In this document: positions 53,021 through 63,426 of the stretch, in pieces
Layout: the number at the start of each line of letters is the position of its first letter
Position numbering within the stretch: the stretch's first letter is position 1
Assembly: GCA_001795385.1 (NCBI GenBank)
Contig: MGOU01000007.1
Coordinates: 673-64,672 of the forward strand
Direction: 5' to 3'
Source of the DNA: Clostridiales bacterium GWD2_32_19
GTDB lineage: Bacteria > Bacillota > Clostridia > Lachnospirales > UBA12420
Length of the DNA: 64,000 nt
Notes under the pieces: model-generated
Database searches by the model: none
Told to the model about the DNA's origin: nothing
The model's input: only the letters and a program-made list of their open reading frames with translations
Position numbers and translations under genes: made by a program

Positions 53021-53103
53021 CCCTCTTGATTTAGAGGGAGTCGGAGAGAGTTCTATGTTTGAAGAAAGAACTCACACTAACCCTCTTTCAAAAAGAGAGG
53101 GGA
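53021..53103. repeat. inverted pair of CCCTCT...AGAGGG REP-like hairpins between rpoB and rpoC
   Basis: ccctcttgatttagagggagtcggagagagtt ... aactcacactaaccctctttcaaaaagagagggga; relatives at 19074-19105 and 43201-43231. Confidence 0.65.
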
Positions 53104-53127
53104 CTAAATTAAAGGAGTGGAATTCGG

Positions 53128-56100
53128 ATGTCTAATGCAACAAGAAAATATTCAAGCTCATTTGATATAATGAAGATAAAGTTAGCGTCACCTGAAAAAA
53201 TTAGGGAATGGTCAAAAGGTGAAATAAAAAAACCAGAAACTATTAACTACAGAACACTAAAACCAGAGAGAGATGGATTATTTTGCGAACGTATATTTGG
53301 GCCCACAAAAGACTGGGAATGTTTTTGTGGAAAGTATAAGAGAGTAAGATATAAAGGTGTTGTGTGTGATAGATGTGGCGTTGAAGTAACCAAATCTAAG
53401 GTTAGACGCGAGAGAATGGGGCATATTGAGCTTGCTGCACCAGTTTCACACATATGGTACTTTAAAGGTATACCTAGTAGAATGGGACTTTTGTTAGATT
53501 TAACTCCAAGAGCACTCGAAAAGATATTATATTTTGCCTCTTATATAGTTGTAGATCAGGGAAATACAAGACTTGATTATAAGCAATTACTATCAGAAAA
53601 TGAGTATAGAGAAGCAATAGAAGCTTATGGCGAAAAAGCTTTTAGAGTTAGCATGGGAGCAGAAGCAATAAAAGAACTTTTACAAAATATTGATCTGCAA
53701 AAAGAATTTGATGAATTAAGAACTGGATTACGTACTTCAAGTGGGCAAAAAAAGTTGAGGATTATTAAGAGACTAGAAGCCGTTGAAGCTTTCCTTGAAT
53801 CTAAAAACAAACCGGAATGGATGATTATGGATGTGGTTCCAGTTATACCTCCAGAACTTAGACCAATGGTACAACTAGATGGTGGTAGATTTGCCACATC
53901 TGACTTGAACGACTTATATCGTAGAGTTATTAACAGAAATAATAGATTGAAAAGACTTCTTGAGTTAGGGGCACCTGATATTATTGTAAGAAATGAGAAA
54001 AGAATGCTACAAGAAGCAGTAGACGGACTTATCGATAATGGTAGACGTGGAAGGCCTGTAACAGGTCCTGGTAACAGACCACTTAAGTCATTATCTGATA
54101 TGCTAAAAGGAAAACAAGGGCGTTTCCGTCAAAATTTACTTGGTAAAAGGGTTGACTATTCAGGACGTTCAGTTATCGTTGTAGGTCCAGAACTAAAATT
54201 CTACCAGTGTGGTCTTCCAAAAGAAATGGCTATAGAATTATTTAAACCATTTGTAATGAGAGAACTAGTAAAAAAAGGAGTCGCTCACAACATAAAATCA
54301 GCTAAGAAAATGGTTGAGAGATTACATCCAGAAGTGTGGGAAATATTAGAGAATGTTATTAAAGAGCATCCAGTGTTACTAAATCGTGCACCTACGCTAC
54401 ATAGATTAGGTATTCAAGCTTTTGAACCTATTCTAGTAGAAGGAAAAGCGATAAGACTTCATCCTCTTGTATGTACTGCGTTTAATGCTGACTTTGATGG
54501 GGATCAAATGCCGGTTCACGTACCATTATCAGCAGAAGCTCAAGCAGAGTGTAGATTTTTGATGTTATCATCAAATAATTTGCTAAAATTATCTGATGGA
54601 GCGCCAGTTGTGGTACCTACACAAGATATGATTCTTGGAGTATACTATATGACTTTAGATAAGAAAGAAGAAAAAGGTGAAGGAAGATACTTTAAAAATG
54701 AAGATGAAGTATTAATGGCATATTTTAACCATGAAATATCAATACATTCAAGAATAAATGTCCGTAGAACTATAATAGTTAATGGTATAGAGAAAACAGG
54801 ATTAATTGATACTACACCAGGTAAAATAGTAATTAATACGGCTATTCCACAGGATATAGGCTATATTGATAGAACAAAAGAAGAAAATATGTTCAAGTAT
54901 GAAATAGACTTCTTAGTTGATAAAAAGCAATTAATAAAAATAATAGACAAGGCTATTCAAACACATGATTCTATTGAAGTAGTAGAGATGCTAGACGAAA
55001 TAAAGAATTTAGGGTTTAAATATTCTACACAAGGTGCGCTTACTGTTGCTATATCAGACATGTTAGTACCACCTTCAAAATATGAATTATTAGCTGAAGC
55101 AGAAATTAAAATAGAAAAAATTAATTCATTGTATAGAAAAGGATTAATGACTGATAAAGAGAAACATAATCAGGTAATATCAATTTGGGATCAAACAACT
55201 AACAAAGTAACAGATGCTCTTATGGACCATTTAGGTGAGTTTAATAATATATCTATGATGGCTAACTCTGGAGCTCGTGGTAGTCGTAGCCAAATAAAAC
55301 AATTAGCAGGTATGCGTGGTAACATGGCAGATACATCTGGAGAAGTTATAGAATTGCCTATTAAATCAAGCTTTAAAGAGGGACTTAATGTTCTGGAATA
55401 CTTTATTTCAGCCCATGGTGCTAGAAAAGGTATGGCGGATACAGCCCTTCGTACAGCTGACTCTGGATATCTTACTCGTCGTCTTGTTGACGTATCTCAA
55501 GACCTAATTACTCGAGATGATGACTGTTTTGTAAATTCAGAAGTAAAAGGTATTTGGATTAAAGCATTTAAAGATGGAAATGAAGTTATAGAATCTTTAG
55601 AAAACCGTATTAATGGAAGATGGTCAATACTAGATGTAGTAAATCCAAGTACTGGTGAAATAATAGTTCCAGCAGATACGATGATAACTAAAAAGATAGC
55701 GAATGAAATTGTTAAAGCAGGAATTGATAAAGTTAATATTAGAACTGTATTTACATGTGAGTCTAATAATGGTGTGTGTGCTAAATGTTATGGTTCAGAC
55801 ATGTCATCTGGAAAACCAGTTAAGAGAGGAGAAGCTATTGGTATAATAGCAGCTCAATCTATTGGAGAGCCAGGTACACAGCTTACAATGCGTACATTCC
55901 ACTCAGGTGGTATAGCAGGTAAAGATATAACACAAGGACTTCCAAGGGTTGAAGAAATCTTTGAAGCACGCAGACCAAAAGGTATGGCTATCATTTCTGA
56001 AATAGATGGTATTGCTACACTAAAAGAAACAAATAAAAGAAGAGAAATAATTGTACAAAACGATAAAACAGGAGCTGTTAAGACTTATTTGATACCATAT

Positions 56101-56709
56101 GACTCAAAGATAAAAGTATATGATGATCAAGAGATAACAGCAGGGGAAAGATTAACAGATGGTAGTATTAATCCTCATGATATTCTAGAAATAAATGGAC
56201 TTGAAGCCGTGCAACAATACATTTTAAAAGAAGTTCAAAAAGTGTATAGCTTACAAGGTGTTGATATAAACGATAAGCATGTAGAGATTATAACTAGACA
56301 GATGTTAAGAAAAGTTAAGATTGATGATCCAGGCGATAGCAACTATTTACCAGGAAAGTTTATTGACAGAATAGATGCAATGAACCAAAGCGAGGAGTTA
56401 TTGGCACAAGGTTTACAGCCTATAATATTTAATAATGTACTTTTAGGTATTACGAAAGCCTCACTTGCAACTGATTCATTCTTATCTGCCGCGTCATTCC
56501 AAGAAACTACGAGAGTTCTTACAGAAGCAGCGATAAAAGGTAAAATGGATAATCTTGTTGGATTAAAAGAAAATGTTATATTAGGTAAATTAATACCAGC
56601 AGGTACAGGTATGGAAGATTATGAAGGTATATGTGTAAATAAAGCAGAGGAAGAAGTAGAAGAAATAGATGAAAATAGTATGAATAGATATGTGACTAAT
56701 AACTATTAA
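53128..56709 (+). CDS. rpoC: RNA polymerase beta' subunit
   Basis: [42 protein letters not shown]. Confidence 0.99.
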   Translation: MSNATRKYSSSFDIMKIKLASPEKIREWSKGEIKKPETINYRTLKPERDGLFCERIFGPTKDWECFCGKYKRVRYKGVVCDRCGVEVTKSKVRRERMGHIELAAPVSHIWYFKGIPSRMGLLLDLTPRALEKILYFASYIVVDQGNTRLDYKQLLSENEYREAIEAYGEKAFRVSMGAEAIKELLQNIDLQKEFDELRTGLRTSSGQKKLRIIKRLEAVEAFLESKNKPEWMIMDVVPVIPPELRPMVQLDGGRFATSDLNDLYRRVINRNNRLKRLLELGAPDIIVRNEKRMLQEAVDGLIDNGRRGRPVTGPGNRPLKSLSDMLKGKQGRFRQNLLGKRVDYSGRSVIVVGPELKFYQCGLPKEMAIELFKPFVMRELVKKGVAHNIKSAKKMVERLHPEVWEILENVIKEHPVLLNRAPTLHRLGIQAFEPILVEGKAIRLHPLVCTAFNADFDGDQMPVHVPLSAEAQAECRFLMLSSNNLLKLSDGAPVVVPTQDMILGVYYMTLDKKEEKGEGRYFKNEDEVLMAYFNHEISIHSRINVRRTIIVNGIEKTGLIDTTPGKIVINTAIPQDIGYIDRTKEENMFKYEIDFLVDKKQLIKIIDKAIQTHDSIEVVEMLDEIKNLGFKYSTQGALTVAISDMLVPPSKYELLAEAEIKIEKINSLYRKGLMTDKEKHNQVISIWDQTTNKVTDALMDHLGEFNNISMMANSGARGSRSQIKQLAGMRGNMADTSGEVIELPIKSSFKEGLNVLEYFISAHGARKGMADTALRTADSGYLTRRLVDVSQDLITRDDDCFVNSEVKGIWIKAFKDGNEVIESLENRINGRWSILDVVNPSTGEIIVPADTMITKKIANEIVKAGIDKVNIRTVFTCESNNGVCAKCYGSDMSSGKPVKRGEAIGIIAAQSIGEPGTQLTMRTFHSGGIAGKDITQGLPRVEEIFEARRPKGMAIISEIDGIATLKETNKRREIIVQNDKTGAVKTYLIPYDSKIKVYDDQEITAGERLTDGSINPHDILEINGLEAVQQYILKEVQKVYSLQGVDINDKHVEIITRQMLRKVKIDDPGDSNYLPGKFIDRIDAMNQSEELLAQGLQPIIFNNVLLGITKASLATDSFLSAASFQETTRVLTEAAIKGKMDNLVGLKENVILGKLIPAGTGMEDYEGICVNKAEEEVEEIDENSMNRYVTNNY

Positions 56710-56718
56710 ATATAATGT

Positions 56719-56758
56719 AAATATCCTCCTCGCGTTGTTATTATGAGGAGGATATTTA
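56719..56758 (+). terminator. terminator after rpoC
   Basis: aaatatcctcctc...gaggaggatattt. Confidence 0.75.
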
Positions 56759-56770
56759 TATTATATTTAA

Positions 56771-56938
56771 TAGTTTGGGTTTAATTCCCCGTCGGCTTGC
56801 CGCGTTCTTGTCATTGCGAGGAGGTTCTTTCGACGAAGCAATCTCGTTTTTGAAAGATGAGATTGCTTCGCAAAAAACGCTCGCAATGACAACATGATAC
56901 CCCGTCGGCTTGCTACGGGGAGATTCATTAGTTTGGGT
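56771..56938. mobile_element. composite non-autonomous palindromic element
   Basis: 10-bp flanking direct repeat TAGTTTGGGT; two CCCCGTCGGCTTGC units; inner TTGTCATTGCGAG/CTCGCAATGACAA hairpin 56808-56892. Confidence 0.7.
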
Positions 56939-57067
56939 AGGAATATAATTGAAAAGATGAAGAATAAAAAAATTATGAGAACTAAGTAAATTTTTATGAT
57001 ATAATATAAAGCAAAATCATAGAAGTTTTTTTACAGAATAAGAAAAATAAAAAGGGTGGAAGAAATC

Positions 57068-57433
57068 ATGATAAGAGGTATTGGAATCGATATAATAGAA
57101 ATAAATAGAGTACAGGAAGCGGTTGAGAAGACTAAAGGTTTTTTGGAGAAAACATATACAAAGGATGAGATAGAATATTTCAAATCTAGAAAGATGAAGT
57201 ATGAGACTGTAGCAGGTAATTTTGCGGGCAAAGAGGCATTTGTAAAAGCAATGGGAACAGGATTTATAGGTGTAGAACCAAAAGATATAGAAATATTGAG
57301 AGATGTAAGCGGTCAACCTTATATAAATGTTTTAAAGGAAGAGATAAAAGAATTATTAAAGGATGCAAGGATATTTATAACAATCTCACATTCTCAAAAT
57401 TATGCAGTAGCAAATGTAGTCATAGAAGAATAG
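57068..57433 (+). CDS. acpS: holo-ACP synthase
   Basis: GIGIDIIE, FAGKEAFVKAMGTG, ISHS. Confidence 0.95.
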   Translation: MIRGIGIDIIEINRVQEAVEKTKGFLEKTYTKDEIEYFKSRKMKYETVAGNFAGKEAFVKAMGTGFIGVEPKDIEILRDVSGQPYINVLKEEIKELLKDARIFITISHSQNYAVANVVIEE

Positions 57434-57440
57434 TAATTTT

Positions 57441-58052
57441 TTGTTAAAGGTAGGAATATATATATTATGGGTGATTTTATTGAAAAGACTTGTTTACATA
57501 ATCTTTATTTCTATTTTTATGACATCTTGTAGCGGAATCAATGAATATGAACAAGTACATGAAAATATAGTAAGATTAGATAGCTGTAGTTATGAAATGG
57601 AGTATAAGGTTATATCAAATAAAAATGAGAACATATACAAAATCAAGGTTACAGCGAATACGAAGGATGGATATATGGTTGAATTCTTGGAGCCAGAAAA
57701 TATGAAAAGAATAGTAACAAGATATAACGAAGATGAGGCAGAACAGGAAAATACAACTATAAAAGATAAAATAACGATTGTAGATACTGAAAGATTTGAT
57801 TACAATGTACTAATGTTAAGTAATTTTAAAAAGATTTATATGCAGCAAGATAAGGTTGAAATTAATAAATTAAAAAGTGGAAATTTAAATGTAAATCTTT
57901 TTGTTCCAAATGGCAATTATTATTTTAATAAACAGGAAATAATATTTGATGTAAAGGATAAACAACCTATCCAGATGAATATATATAATGAGGATAATCA
58001 AAAAACTATTGAAGGAAAGATTTACAATGTACTATTGGAGAAAGATATTTGA
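57441..58052 (+). CDS. LolA-like/GerS-related lipoprotein
   Basis: Lipobox MTSC; SNKNENIY, VEFLEPE; acpS-alr context; true start probably near 57480. Confidence 0.65.
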   Translation: MLKVGIYILWVILLKRLVYIIFISIFMTSCSGINEYEQVHENIVRLDSCSYEMEYKVISNKNENIYKIKVTANTKDGYMVEFLEPENMKRIVTRYNEDEAEQENTTIKDKITIVDTERFDYNVLMLSNFKKIYMQQDKVEINKLKSGNLNVNLFVPNGNYYFNKQEIIFDVKDKQPIQMNIYNEDNQKTIEGKIYNVLLEKDI

Positions 58053-58070
58053 CAAGTTGGGGTGTATGAT

Positions 58071-59195
58071 ATGAACGAAAGAGTAATTGCTGAGATTAAC
58101 ATGAGTAATTTAAAACATAATTTGGGAGAGGTAAGAAAATGTATAAACAATAACACGAAAGTCATGGGAGTAGTTAAAACAAATGCCTATGGTCACGGAA
58201 TAATTGAAATATCAAAGGGATTAGAAGCTTTTGGTATTGACTCCTTCGGTGTGGCAATAGCCGAAGAAGCCTTGGAGTTAAGGAAAAACGGGATAACTAA
58301 GCCAATCTTAATAATGGGATATCTCGAGCAAAATAAGGTTACAGATATAGTGAAAAATGATATAATGCAAACAATATTTAGATATGAAGATGCATTATTA
58401 ATTTCAGAAGAAGCAAAAAAACAAGATGTAAGTGCAAAGATTCAAATAAAGATAGATACTGGTATGAATAGGATAGGATTTAAGATAAAAAGTGATCTTG
58501 TAGATGACTTAAAAAAAATATATGAATTGCCTAATATTATGGTTGAAGGGTTATACACTCATCTTTATGCTGCAGATAAAAAAAATAAGACAATGTCACG
58601 CATACAAATAGAAATATTTCAAAATATAATTGTCGAGTTAGAAAAATCAGGATTAAGTATACCAAATAAGCATGTACTAAATAGTGCAGGTGTAATAGAT
58701 TTAGGTAGAGAGTTTTCTATGGACTTTGTTAGAACTGGTATAATGTTATATGGATTATTTGCATCTGATGAGATAGAAAAAAATAATGCGGATTTGAAAC
58801 CTGTTATGAGCGTAAAGACAAAAGTAATATTTGTAAAAGAGGTAGAAATAGGTGAAGGTATAAGCTATGGAGCAGACTATATTACAAAAAGAAAAACAAT
58901 GGTAGCTACTATACCAGTAGGATATGCTGACGGATACAGTAGAAAGCTTACAAACATTGGTCGTGTTCTTATAAAAGGTCAATATGCAAATATCACAGGA
59001 AAGGTATGTATGAATCAATTTATGGTTGATGTAACAGACATAAAAGATGTAAATATTGGAGATGAAGTAGTATTATTTGGAGAGCAGGGTGGCAACAAAA
59101 TAGGGACAGAAGAAATTGCCCAAAAGTGTAATACAATTGAACATGAAATTTTATCTAGAATAAATGATAGAGTAGAGAAAAAATACTTATTTTAA
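58071..59195 (+). CDS. alr: alanine racemase family protein
   Basis: VVKTNAYGHG, KIDTGMNRIG, ISYG, GYADG. Confidence 0.93.
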   Translation: MNERVIAEINMSNLKHNLGEVRKCINNNTKVMGVVKTNAYGHGIIEISKGLEAFGIDSFGVAIAEEALELRKNGITKPILIMGYLEQNKVTDIVKNDIMQTIFRYEDALLISEEAKKQDVSAKIQIKIDTGMNRIGFKIKSDLVDDLKKIYELPNIMVEGLYTHLYAADKKNKTMSRIQIEIFQNIIVELEKSGLSIPNKHVLNSAGVIDLGREFSMDFVRTGIMLYGLFASDEIEKNNADLKPVMSVKTKVIFVKEVEIGEGISYGADYITKRKTMVATIPVGYADGYSRKLTNIGRVLIKGQYANITGKVCMNQFMVDVTDIKDVNIGDEVVLFGEQGGNKIGTEEIAQKCNTIEHEILSRINDRVEKKYLF

Positions 59196-59297
59196 AAAAG
59201 AGAGTCAAATGCAACTTGCTCTGTATAAAAATCACTCTAATGACAATAATATAAATGAAAGTGGTACATATTTCATACTGTTTAGGAGTGAAATATC

Positions 59298-59639
59298 ATG
59301 AATGTGAGAAGAGGGGATATTTTTTATGCTGACTTGAGTCCTGTAATTGGTTCGGAGCAAGGAGGAGTAAGACCTGTACTTATTATACAAAATGATGTCG
59401 GGAATAAGTACAGTCCAACCGTGATATGCGCAGCTATCACATCACAAATTAATAAAGCAAAGCTACCTACACATATTGAGCTAGACTCAGCTAAATACTC
59501 TTTGATGAAAGACTCGGTTATATTACTAGAGCAGGTTAGGACTATTGATAAGCTGAGACTAAAGGAAAAGATAGGTCACTTAGAGGAAGAAGTAATGGGT
59601 AAAGTTGATAAGTCGCTTCAAATAAGTGTAGGGTTGTAA
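59298..59639 (+). CDS. ndoA: PemK/MazF family endoribonuclease
   Basis: [42 protein letters not shown]. Confidence 0.96.
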   Translation: MNVRRGDIFYADLSPVIGSEQGGVRPVLIIQNDVGNKYSPTVICAAITSQINKAKLPTHIELDSAKYSLMKDSVILLEQVRTIDKLRLKEKIGHLEEEVMGKVDKSLQISVGL

Positions 59640-59668
59640 AAAGGACAGTATATCAATACTGTTCTTTT
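59638..59668 (+). terminator. terminator after ndoA
   Basis: aaaaggacagta...tactgttctttt. Confidence 0.75.
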
Positions 59669-59692
59669 ATATGTGAAGATAACAGATAACAG

Positions 59693-59855
59693 GTTACAGT
59701 TCAGAGGTATTAATGTATAATAGTCCTATGTTGCCATTGCGAGGTACGAAGCAATCTCTCTTTAAAACTTGATTTATAACGATTTTAAAAGAATAAGTAC
59801 GAGATTGCTTCGCGAAAAGATGCTCGCAATGACAATATGGGGGCTGAACTGTAAC
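59693..59855. mobile_element. 163-bp MITE-like element with 12-bp terminal inverted repeats
   Basis: GTTACAGTTCAG (59693-59704) / CTGAACTGTAAC (59844-59855); inner CATTGCGAG-CGAAGCAATCTC / GAGATTGCTTCG-CTCGCAATG palindrome; interrupts an AGATAAC tract. Confidence 0.7.
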
Positions 59856-59912
59856 GATAATAGATAACAGATATAATTATGTCTGATTACAGTAAAATTT
59901 TTTATTTTTACA

Positions 59913-59941
59913 TTGAAATAATTACTTCGAAATGATATACT
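59913..59941 (+). promoter_or_regulatory. sigma-A promoter of recU-metK
   Basis: TTGAAA-17-TATACT with TGn extension. Confidence 0.6.
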
Positions 59942-59996
59942 AAGAATATTATAAAAATGTTAACTGCTATTTGAATATGATTTAAGGAGTGATTAA

Positions 59997-60530
59997 GTGG
60001 GATATTTTCATACAAGAGGGCTTAGGGGAAGTTTGCTCGAAGAAATAATAAATATGACTAATGAAATTTATAGAAAAAAAGGGATAGCTCTCATTCAAAA
60101 GATTCCTACTCCGATAAAACCAACAGAGATTGATAAAGAAACTAGAACAATAAGTCAAGGCTATTTTGAACAAAAAAGCACGGTAGATTATATAGGAGTT
60201 GCTCAAGGTGTATCTATTTGTTTTGATGCCAAAGAGACAAGTCAAAGTAGCTTGCCACTTCAAAACATACATAAGCATCAAATGGATTTTATGCAAGATT
60301 TCGAAAAGCATGAAGGCGTTAGCTTTATACTAGTGTATTTTAAAAAACATACAAAGTATTATTTGCTACCATTCGAAAAATTAAAAAAATATTATGATGA
60401 AAAAGAAAATGGTGGAAGAAAGTCAATACCGTATTCTGAATTTGGAGAAGAGCTAGAAATAAAGATAAGTAATAATGCATATGTAAATTATTTAGAGAAA
60501 CTGAGTGAGATATTAGAAGCGAAAGAATAA
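59997..60530 (+). CDS. recU: Holliday junction resolvase
   Basis: RGLRGSLLE, QKIPTP, STVDYIG, FDAKET, HKHQ, RKSIPY. Confidence 0.95.
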   Translation: MGYFHTRGLRGSLLEEIINMTNEIYRKKGIALIQKIPTPIKPTEIDKETRTISQGYFEQKSTVDYIGVAQGVSICFDAKETSQSSLPLQNIHKHQMDFMQDFEKHEGVSFILVYFKKHTKYYLLPFEKLKKYYDEKENGGRKSIPYSEFGEELEIKISNNAYVNYLEKLSEILEAKE

Positions 60531-60572
60531 AGATTATAACTTCATTCACTACACAAAATAGGAGGACAAATA

Positions 60573-61721
60573 ATGAGTACATATCTTTTTACATCTGAAA
60601 GCGTAACAGAGGGGCATCCAGATAAAGTTTGTGATCAAATATCAGATGCAATACTAGATGCGTATATAACAAAGGATAGAAATGCTAGAGTAGCTTGTGA
60701 GGTTGCAGTTACAACAGATTTAGTGGTTATTATGGGAGAAATATCAGCAAATTGTGAAATAGATTTAGAGAAGGTCGTAAGGGATACTATAAGAAAAATA
60801 GGATATGACAAGGATGAGTATGGGTTTAATGCGAATACCTGTGAAATAATGGTTAGGTTGGGTAAACAATCTCCTGATATAGCAATGGGTGTTGATAATG
60901 CAGTGGAAACAAAAGAAAGTACCGAAAAGGAAATTGGAGCTGGAGATCAAGGAATGATGTTTGGGTATGCAAATGACGAGACAGAAGAGTACATGCCACT
61001 TGCGATAACATTAGCACATAAAATTGCAAAAAGATTAGCGGATGTACGAAATGAAGGTATTATAAAATATATAAGACCCGATGGTAAAGCACAAGTGACA
61101 GTTGAGTACGAAAATGATATACCAAAAAGAATAGATACAATAGTTGTTTCATCACAGCACGAACCTAATATACCAATTGAACAAATAAAAGAAGATATAA
61201 TAAGGGAAGTAGTAAACTATGTAATACCTAAAAACATGATAGATGAAAACACGAAATATCTAATTAATCCTACAGGAAGCTTTGTATTAGGAGGACCAGC
61301 AGGAGATACAGGTTTAACAGGAAGAAAAATAATTGTAGACACATATGGTGGTTATGCTAGGCATGGTGGTGGGGCTTTTTCAGGTAAGGATCCGACGAAG
61401 GTAGATAGATCAGCTGCATATATGGCAAGACATGTAGCGAAAAGTATTGTAGCATCTGGATATGCAAAAAAATGCGAGGTACAAATTGCATATGCAATAG
61501 GAAAAGCAAATCCAGTTTCCATATATGTAGACACTTTTGGAACAGGTAAAATATCAAATGAAGAATTGATAAAAAAAATAAAACATACATTTGACCTAAA
61601 GCCAAGAAGTATAATAGATAAACTAAACCTTAGAAGACCAATATATAGTAAGACCAGTGTTTATGGACATTTTGGGAAAATAGAAGATAGTCTCACATGG
61701 GAGAAAGTAGAAAAAATGTAG
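60573..61721 (+). CDS. metK: S-adenosylmethionine synthetase
   Basis: [28 protein letters not shown]. Confidence 0.98.
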   Translation: MSTYLFTSESVTEGHPDKVCDQISDAILDAYITKDRNARVACEVAVTTDLVVIMGEISANCEIDLEKVVRDTIRKIGYDKDEYGFNANTCEIMVRLGKQSPDIAMGVDNAVETKESTEKEIGAGDQGMMFGYANDETEEYMPLAITLAHKIAKRLADVRNEGIIKYIRPDGKAQVTVEYENDIPKRIDTIVVSSQHEPNIPIEQIKEDIIREVVNYVIPKNMIDENTKYLINPTGSFVLGGPAGDTGLTGRKIIVDTYGGYARHGGGAFSGKDPTKVDRSAAYMARHVAKSIVASGYAKKCEVQIAYAIGKANPVSIYVDTFGTGKISNEELIKKIKHTFDLKPRSIIDKLNLRRPIYSKTSVYGHFGKIEDSLTWEKVEKM

Positions 61722-61795
61722 AGTCTCCGATTTTTTAGAAATTATTATTGAAGAAGATAGAAAAGAATGGTAAAATAGAACAAAAAAAGAGTAGG

Positions 61796-62007
61796 ATGTG
61801 TGATATCGTGGAACTGAATGATAAGCTGATGAAACAAATAGCAGATGTTAAATATTTGGTAAGAGATAATGCTTATAAATATAGCACTATAATACGATTT
61901 TTGTTTGCACAGTATGAAAAGTTAAATTATTATTTTATAAAAAGGATATTTACGGAGAGCTCAAGAAACATGAGCTTTTTTTGGATAGTTTGGTAGGTAT
62001 GAGATAG
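61796..62007 (+). pseudogene. truncated, frameshifted N-terminus of a TIGR02677/DUF2397-like protein
   Basis: LNDKLMKQIADVKYL..DNA..Y..IIRFLFAQYEKLNYY, then a 1-nt shift near 61935 gives YKKDIYGELKKHELF; recognised from memory of the family. Confidence 0.55.
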
Positions 62008-62112
62008 AAGCGTATGTATCACAGATGTTGGGAAAGGTAGTAAGAATAAATGAGACAGAAAAGGGACATCAAGAACCGTCCCCAATGTCCGCAAAAGGAG
62101 GCAGGTTTTATT

Positions 62113-62544
62113 ATGAAGGAGTATGTATTGGCAATTATTTTTGATAGTGAATTTAAAAATGTAGTTATGATCAAAAGAAACAGGGAACCTTTTATGGATA
62201 TGTATAATGGTGTAGGTGGAAAGATAGAGAACGGTGAGAAAACAGAGGTAGCAATGATAAGGGAGATAAAAGAGGAGACAAGGATAGTTAACGACGACAT
62301 AGAAAAACTCGAATTTATGATGAAAACTGAGTTTACTGATCAACCAAGTTTAAACATATTTTATGCCAAGTTGAAGGATAATTACATAAAATCTGAATTT
62401 CAAGATATTAGTGAAGGAACAATATCTTGGGTAAATATAGAATTGGGAAATCTACTTGATGCAAACAATGAAAAGTTGGCAGGTGATGGTAATGTATCTT
62501 ATTTCATAAAATATGTATTAAATAGGGAAGGTATTAAGTTGTAA
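62113..62544 (+). CDS. NUDIX hydrolase (MutT-like)
   Basis: Nudix box GGKIENGEKTEVAMIREIKEET; AAGGAGG RBS before ATG 62113. Confidence 0.9.
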   Translation: MKEYVLAIIFDSEFKNVVMIKRNREPFMDMYNGVGGKIENGEKTEVAMIREIKEETRIVNDDIEKLEFMMKTEFTDQPSLNIFYAKLKDNYIKSEFQDISEGTISWVNIELGNLLDANNEKLAGDGNVSYFIKYVLNREGIKL

Positions 62545-62612
62545 AAAAGTAATTGCACTATTTTACATACATACAAACAGATAGAGTAGTTGAATTTTAG
62601 GAGGACAAGTAA

Positions 62613-63236
62613 ATGACATGTTCTAACCAAGAGTGCTTTAAAGAAATAAAAACAATAATATTTTTAACAACACTATACATAGCTCTAACACTATTTTCTA
62701 ACATAAGTAGTTTGAGGATAATATCTGTTATGACATTATCTATGGATGCAGGGACTCTTTTATATCCAGCTACATTTACAGTAAGAGATATGATTCACAA
62801 AAAGACTAATTCTAAAATTGCATATTATACTATTTGGTTAGCTGCAATCTTCAATGTAATTATGTTTATCACATTTTATTTAGTATCGATTTTACCGCCA
62901 GATTCGTCGGTTGGGTTACAAAAGGAGTTTGGACTTGTATTGATACCCACATGGAGAATTATAGTTGGATCAATAGTAGCAATGGTAATAGCAGAGTTTA
63001 TAGATACAAAAGTCTACGAAAAAGTTGTTAAAAAATTTAAAGATAAGAAACAATGGTTAAGGGTATTAATTAGTAATAGTGTATCGATACCATTAGATAC
63101 ATTTTTGATGTGTACAATAGCTTTTTATGGAACAATGGATAATAAAATTTTGATTGCGATAATTATCAGTAATATATTAATAAAACTACTGATAACTCTT
63201 GTTTCTTTGAATTGGATATATTTTGTGAAAAGTTAG
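62613..63236 (+). CDS. queuosine precursor transporter (YhhQ/VUT family)
   Basis: DAGTLLYPATF.VRD, RIIVGS..A...AE..D, WLRV..SN.VS...DT. Confidence 0.88.
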   Translation: MTCSNQECFKEIKTIIFLTTLYIALTLFSNISSLRIISVMTLSMDAGTLLYPATFTVRDMIHKKTNSKIAYYTIWLAAIFNVIMFITFYLVSILPPDSSVGLQKEFGLVLIPTWRIIVGSIVAMVIAEFIDTKVYEKVVKKFKDKKQWLRVLISNSVSIPLDTFLMCTIAFYGTMDNKILIAIIISNILIKLLITLVSLNWIYFVKS

Positions 63237-63426
63237 AGCTATAACTAATTATGAAATAGATAGTTATATAATTAAAAGAAATCATGAAAAGTGGAAAATC
63301 ATAGAAATATTGGGTGTTGTTAAATAAGAAAAAAGTAGTATAATAAGGTAATAAATTTATAAATCATAGATGATATCAAGCTTGTAACTAGTTGGTGGAT
63401 AAAAAAAGTTTCTTTGGAGGTAACAT

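Noticed and set aside
60531-62612. SAM riboswitch before metK or preQ1 riboswitch before the YhhQ-type transporter
   Set aside because: The metK leader is only 42 bp, and no preQ1 stem-loop with an A-rich tail is recognisable in 62545-62612.
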